Shown in pieces: positions 43,961-64,000 of a stretch of 64,000 nt of DNA; the stretch's first letter is position 1, and the number at the start of each line of letters is the position of its first letter. The translations under genes were made by a program, and so were the position numbers. The notes beneath the pieces are model-generated. The model was not told where the DNA came from, did no database searches, and was given only the letters and a program-made list of their open reading frames with translations. The DNA is from the human T2T-CHM13v2.0 reference genome, Homo sapiens. The DNA is taken from assembly GCF_009914755.1 (NCBI RefSeq), contig NC_060943.1. One strand, written 5' to 3'.

Positions 43961-45033
43961 CTGCTTACAACAAAGAAATGTAACAATGTTTTTTTTATTA
44001 TAGCCAATTTTTAAAATACAGCTTTGAGAATTGGCTAAAGTTTTACTAAATAAAATCAAAATTATATTGATAAAGATGTCAGAAAAGAGAAATGTGAGGG
44101 AACTGGAAAAACATTCACCTTAGAGTAACCACAGAATTATCAAGTATAAAGAGACTAGACAGGTAAAGAAAGCTCTTATGTTATTTAAACCCATACTAAT
44201 TCTTTGTCTGGAGAAGCAGTATAATAGTTAAAAAATACTGTCTTTGGTGCCAGATTGCCTGGGTGGAAAGCCTACCTCTGCAATTAAGTGGCTGTGTAGC
44301 CTTGCAGAAGTACCTAAATACTCTCTGTTGTAAGCAACCTCTTCTGTACAACAATAATAGAAATAGCACTTATATCACAGAGTTATTGTAAGAATTAAAC
44401 AAGTCCTTTTTTTATGAGATGGAGTCTTGCCCTGTTGCCCAGGCTGGAGTGCAGTGGCGCAATCTTGGCTCACTGCAACCTCTACCTCCCGAGTTCAAGC
44501 GGGTTCCAGCAATTCTCCTGCCTCAGCCTCCTGAGTAGCTGGGACTACAGGCACATGCCACCATGCCCAGCTGATTTTTTTATATTTTAGTAGAGATGGG
44601 GTTTCACCGTGTTGCCCAGGTTGGTCGCGAACTCCTGAGCTCAGGCAATCCACCCACCACCTCGGCCTCCCAAAGTGCTGGGATTACAGGCATGAGCCAC
44701 CACGCCCAGCCAAGAGTCAATTATGTAAAGTGCTTAGGATGGGGCCAAGTAGAAGGCAAGAACTATGGAAGCTGAGAGGAAAGTTAGTAACTTTCTGAGC
44801 TATTAAAAGGTCCTTGGTGGAATACTAATTTAATGTTAAATGTAAAGTTCTTTAGCCATAAAGCAGGTGGGAGGAAATGAATATGAACTCTTTATCAATC
44901 CATCAATATATAAATTGTAGAGATTCTTTTAACGATTATAACAAATCAGGACACACAGTATGTTAAAAGTTCTCCCAGAAGGCAGGTAAGAATATAAAGT
45001 ATTTATAGCAATTCTGACCTCAAACACAATGTA

Positions 45034-45362
45034 CAGGTTGTACATGCCGAATCTACAATCTGAAATTCAGCTACAAAATCCTAAACTTTTTGAGCACTGA
45101 CATGATGCTACAAGTGAAATACACATAACTACTTAACACAAACTTTGTTTCATGCACAAAACTATTAAAAACATTGTATAAAATTACTTTCAGTCTATGT
45201 GTATAAAGTGTACATGAAACATAAATGAATTTTGTGTTTCAATTTGGGTTCCATCCCTAAGATGTCTCATTATGTATAAGCAGATATTCCAAAATCTGAA
45301 AAAAAATCCCAAATCCAAAACACTCTCATCCCAAGTATTTTGGATAAGGGATACTCAACCTG
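45034..45362. mobile_element. Tigger4/MER46-like MITE
   Basis: TA|CAGGTTG...GGATAAGGGATACTCAACCTG|TA: inverted ends with a TA target duplication. Confidence 0.85.
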
Positions 45363-45647
45363 TAATGTCTCAATGATATGCTATATGTGTCCCATAAGTC
45401 AAATCCAGCTCCTTGGTATCAAAGAAGGTAGAAATTATATGAAGGGCCTAAGAAGGTAAGAATATCATGAAGAATGTTAAAGACTAATGGAGATGTCATT
45501 TGCAACACAACAATACTGAAAGCATGCCTTTGAAATCAGTTCACCTAGTTTCTTAAAACATAGCCTTGAGGACGGCGCAGTGGCTCACACCTGTAATCCC
45601 AGCACTTTGGGAGGCCAAGGTGGGCGAATCACAAGGTCAGGAGTTCA

Positions 45648-45887
<240 letters not shown>

Positions 45888-45921
45888 TCAGTTGATAGTC
45901 TAGAGAGTATATTCTAAGTTA

Positions 45922-46089
<168 letters not shown>

Positions 46090-46560
46090 TTACAGGTAAA
46101 ATTTAAGGAAATATTTTTGAGAAAAAGACAAGAGGAATTGCCTTATAGCAAGGGGATTGGACAGTAAACAAGGAGGCCAAAAGAAGACTGTGACATGGGA
46201 AGTAAGGAAATTAGTGCTTCCAAACCAGACTATCATCTTTCAAGACTCCCTTTGATCCACTGAAATCTTTCTGCATACTTATGGGATCTCTTATTTAGCC
46301 AACCATGTCTGGAAATTAATAACCAGTTTACAAATTAAAAGAAGTACTATATACAAGCACATTTCATGCTATGTGCCTGCCTCATGAATCATCAATAAAG
46401 GTAAGTTTCTATACCGTCATTCCCCTGTACAGGAGAAAAATATCTAACTTTGAAAATGGGGTATGAATAAAATTAAAGATTTCTTGTAGCTCCAAGTTCA
46501 TTACTATGTGACATATTATTTCACATTATATAATAACAATTATTACTTCCAGCGATAAAG

Positions 46561-46867
<307 letters not shown>

Positions 46868-47415
46868 GCGATAAAGTTTTTAGTAAGTGTTTTTTAGTGG
46901 CTACAGAGTAGTTTTCTTGTTAAAAATATAATAGCCTTAATTATATTCCAACGTTTAGGTTAGAGAAGGTCTTCTCCAATGCTGCGTCTACAATCATCAT
47001 CATTTTGTATGACTTGAGGCCATTCAACATCAAATCAATCTACCTGGAAACTCAAGTCTGTGGAGAAGGTCAGAGTATGCCCAATTATCAAACAGATCCA
47101 TCTGCTTTTTCCCTATCCAAGAATATGACAAGGAAAAGTCTAGGGATTCAACTTTTGCTTTATATCTGCTCTTGACAAAGGACTGAACACATAGGAGTGT
47201 TGAACATTCTTTGGGGAATAGAGGCACACAGGAGGGACACTGTGCTGTTAGACTCCAGCCCTTACTAGAAAGCGAAGAAGTATGGGGTTGTGGTACAGGT
47301 TCTTTGACAGAGGTGTTTGGTAGGAAGAATCAGAAAAAGGAAATATCACAAAGAAAAGAGAAGTAGTTAACTTACATGGTCCATGGTTAGAACTGTAAAG
47401 AATTGGTCAGGGAAT

Positions 47416-52000
<4,585 letters not shown>

Positions 52001-52059
52001 TCTCTATCTCACTTGAATTAAGCCAATATAAATCAGAAGCTGTTTCTGAAGTAAGATAT

Positions 52060-54400
<2,341 letters not shown>

Positions 54401-54525
54401 TTGCCTATGGGTGCCAGGCGCGGTGGCTCACGCCTGTAATCCCAGCACTTTGGGAGGGTGAGGCAGGTGGATCATGAGGTCAGGAGTTCGAGACCAGTCT
54501 GGCCAACATAGTGAAACCCTGTCTA

Positions 54526-54774
<249 letters not shown>

Positions 54775-56526
54775 TCAAGCCGAGAACCAAATCAGGAACA
54801 CAATCCCATTTACAATTGCCACTAAAAGAATAACATACCTAAGAATACAGCTAACCAGGGAGGTGAAAGATCTCTACAATGAGAACCACAAAACACTGCT
54901 CAAAGAAATCAGATGACACAAATGGAAAAACATGGTAGGAAGAATCAATATCATTAAAATGGCCATACTGCCCAAGGCAATTTATAGATTCAATGCTATT
55001 CCTATCAAACTACCAAGGACATTCTTCACAGAACTAGAAAAAGCTATTTTAAAATTCACATGGAACCAAAAAAGGGTCTGAATAGCCAAGGTAATCCTAA
55101 GCAAAAAGAACAATGCTGGTTACATCACACTACCTGACTTCAAGCTATACTACAAGGCTACAGTAACCAAAACGCAATGGTTTGGAAACAGACACACAGA
55201 CCAATGGAATAGAATAGAGGACCTAGAAAGTCACACACCTACAACCAACTGATCTTTGACAAAGTCAACAAAAATAAGCAATGAGGAAAGGACTCCCTAT
55301 TCAATAAATGGTGCTGGGATGACTGGCATATGCAGAAGAATGAAACTGCACCCGTACTTTTCAACATATACAAAAATTAACTCAAGTTTGATGAAAGCTT
55401 AAATGTAAGAACTAAAACTAAAAATCCTAGAAGAAAACCTAGGAAATACCCTTGTAAACATCAGCCTTGACAAATAATTTGTGACTAATTCCTCAAAAGC
55501 AACTGAAACAAAACAAAAATTGACAAGTGAGACCTAACTAAAGAGCTTCCGCTCAGCAAAAGAAATTATCAACAGAGTAAACAACAACCTACAGAATGGG
55601 AGAAAATATTCACAAACTATGCATTTAACAAAGGTCTAATATCCAGAATCTACAAGGAATTTAAACAATTCAACAAGCAGAAAACAGTCCCACTAAAAGT
55701 GGGTAAAGGATATGAACAGACCCTTCTCAAAAGACATACAAGCAGCCAACAAACATACTTTTTTAAATGCCCCACACCACTAATCATCAGAGAAATGCAA
55801 ATCAAAACCACAATGAGTTAGCCATCTCATATCAGTCAGAACAATTATTGTTAAATAGTCAAAAGTAACAGATGTTGGTGAGGCTGCGGAGAAAAGGGAA
55901 TGCTTACACACTGTTGGTGGGAGTGTAAATTAGTTTAGCCACTGTGGGATGCAGTTTGGAGATTTCTCAAATAACTAAAAATAGAACAACCATTTGACTC
56001 AGCAATCCCATTATTGGGTACATACCCAAAAGAAAATAAATCATTTTACAAAAAAGACACATGCACTCATGTTCATCACAGCACTATTCACAATAGCAAA
56101 GACACAGAATCAACCTAGGTGCCCCTCAACAGTGGCTTGGATAAAGAAAATGTGGTATACATATGTCATGGAATACCATACATAAAAAAGAACAAAATCA
56201 TGTCCTTTGAAGCAACATGGATGCAGCTGGAGGCCATTATTCTAAAAGCATTAATGCAGAAAAAGAAAATCAAATACTGCATGTTCTCACTGCTAAGTGG
56301 GAGCTAAACACTGGGTACAAATAGACATAAATATGGGAACAATACACACTGCGACTACTAGAGGCGGGAGGGAGGGAGAGAAACAAGAGTTGAAAAACTA
56401 TTGGGTACTAGGTTCACTATCTGGAAGACAAGATCAATTGTACTCCAAATCTCAGCATCATGCAATATACTCATGTTAACCAACCTGCAAATGTACCCCC
56501 TGAATCGAAAATAAAAGTTGAAAAAA
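54775..56526 (+). mobile_element. 5'-truncated L1 (L1PB or old L1PA type), ORF2 3' part and 3' UTR
   Basis: TTCAATAAATGGTGCTGGGA, GAAATGCAAATCAAAACCACAATGAG; end ATGTACCCCCTGAATCGAAAATAAAAGTTGAAAAAA. Confidence 0.9.
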
Positions 56527-56529
56527 GAA

Positions 56530-60750
<4,221 letters not shown>

Positions 60751-61071
60751 AAACTGGCTGGGTGTGGTGGCTCATGCCTGTAATCCCAGCACTTAGAGAG
60801 GCTGAGGCGGGCAAACAACACGAGGCCAGGATTTCCAGACTAGTCTAGCCAACATGGTAAAACCCTGTCTCTACTAAAAAAAAAAAAAATTTAGCTGAGT
60901 GCAGTGGTGCACACCTGTAGTCCCAGCTACTCAGGAGGCTGAGGCATGAGAATTGCTTGAGCCTGGGAGGCACAGAGGTTGCAGTGAGTCAAGATCACAC
61001 AACTGCACTCCAGCCTGGGTGACAGGGCAAGACTCTTGTTGCAAAACAAAAAGAAAAAGAAAAAAATGAAG

Positions 61072-61960
<889 letters not shown>

Positions 61961-62454
61961 AAATTGCCTTAATAGAACATTTGCAAATCTGGCTTTTAAA
62001 AAATTCATTTCAAGTGCCCATCAAAATTAACTTTATATTTTCATTGCTCTTGATTTACAGAAAATGTATGGGGAATACTAAGAATCTTCACAAACCAGCT
62101 TTTTTTCTTCCCTTGCAGATAAGGACTTAAAGTGCCAGGCCTTTATTAAATTCTCTAGGTTTATGTCCATATTAATGTATCCAGGCCTCATGAAGACCCT
62201 AAAGCACTGATATAATTATTGTTTACATTCTACAACAAGAAACTGTAAAGCGGAAAAATGAGTAACTATTAACCCCTTTGAAATGCAGTGTGAACATATA
62301 ACTGAATTTTAAATTTTTTTCACTTTTCCTAAGCTAATTAACACAGGATTACCTTTAATTTTAATTAACTTACATTTAAATACAAAAGCAATATAAATGT
62401 TTTTCTATTAAACACAACTTTATTGTTTTGGTAGGACTATAATTCACCCTAAAC

Positions 62455-63035
<581 letters not shown>

Positions 63036-63603
63036 TCAGACACCACTGTATCAGGCTGCCTCTCACAATCTACACCAATGTCACACTGCCAAATCTCAAA
63101 GAAGATTTGGTTGTCACCACTTAAATCCCCTCATGAATGTTCTGGAAAAACTCCCTGCCCTTGTTGACATAGCCTCTCTGCATAAAACTCCTATCATATT
63201 CCCACTCCTAAATGTCTCCAAAGCCAACTTTGTCACTTACTGATTAATACCTACCATCTCCTATCTTGCTTTGTTTGCAAATCAAGTCTGTAAATAAGAT
63301 CAAAGGTATCTAGTGTGCCATTCTACTTAATCACTCGTCTCCTCCTTAACAAATTACATTCTAAAAAAAAGTTTTAACTTCTCCTCCAGGAGTTGTATTT
63401 CTATACCATAAAAATCCTTTGGAAAAAAAGAAGCACATGGGAGAATTGAATGATTTACCTAATGCATATGTGAATATTCAATGAAAGGGAAATGGGCATT
63501 TGGAAAGGCAATGGAGGACAAGGGGACCCATCTCTACGGTCCTGTTGTTAATTGGGAAGAGAAAACCAAGGGACCAGGTAAATGAACAAAAAAAAAAACT
63601 AAC

Positions 63604-63617
63604 CTTGAGTTGGCCAT
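63604..63617 (-). CDS. ZNF529: ZNF529 first coding segment (MANSS); exon probably 63604-63663
   Basis: ATG GCC AAC TCA AG|gttagt; upstream acceptor ctcttggttatgtag at 63665-63664; the four segments sum to 1692 nt = 563 aa + stop. Confidence 0.8.
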
Positions 63618-64000
63618 TAGTACCAATGCTGTCTTCCACTTCAGGGGGCCTTCACTTGCAGAACTACATAACCAAGAGGGAGAAAGGACTCATGACATCC
63701 TGGACTGGTTAAATAAGAACACAGTGTTCACCACCAGAAAAGCCCATCACACACAACAAACACACCCAGATCGAAGAGGGAAACTAGAATACTGTCGACT
63801 CCTCCCCACATCCGAGAAAAAGGTACGACCAATGCCTAGCAGTTTCTAGGGAACACAGCTCAGGAAATACTGTAGTTCTTTAATGTATAAATGGCCTCCA
63901 AACTCATGCAAGGGGAGTTATCCCAGGAATGAATACTACACCTATGCCCTCCCCTTCACGTCTTCCCAGGAAACTTCATTTATCTATCTTATCTATCTTA

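Overview
Human genomic DNA, recognised as the chr19q13.12 C2H2 zinc-finger cluster. It is dense in Alu, L1, LTR and DNA-transposon relics and holds two minus-strand genes. (1) ZNF260: a KRAB-less 412-aa protein encoded entirely in its last exon (CDS 5228-6466), with two non-coding upstream exons and a CpG-island promoter at about 19.3-20.3 kb that looks bidirectional. (2) ZNF529: a KRAB-A zinc-finger gene whose CDS I rebuilt from splice sites as 63604-63617 + 47376-47469 + 45942-46068 + 38138-39594 = 1692 nt (563 aa + stop). Almost all other ORFs in the track are Alu/L1/LTR or alternative-frame artefacts. I found no wholly new system and no CRISPR, tRNA or rRNA. The most interesting unexplained structures are: a 325-bp fold-back with unique-sequence arms in the probable ZNF529 3' UTR; a ZNF529 coding exon half-built from an antisense L1 5' end; a frameshifted KRAB-B pseudo-exon that still has both splice sites (candidate poison exon); a ZNF260 start codon recruited from a shifted frame of a dead finger; and two young insertions with intact target-site duplications (a truncated SVA and an AluYb9). 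Gene and repeat names come from recognition by eye, not database searches, and repeat boundaries are approximate.
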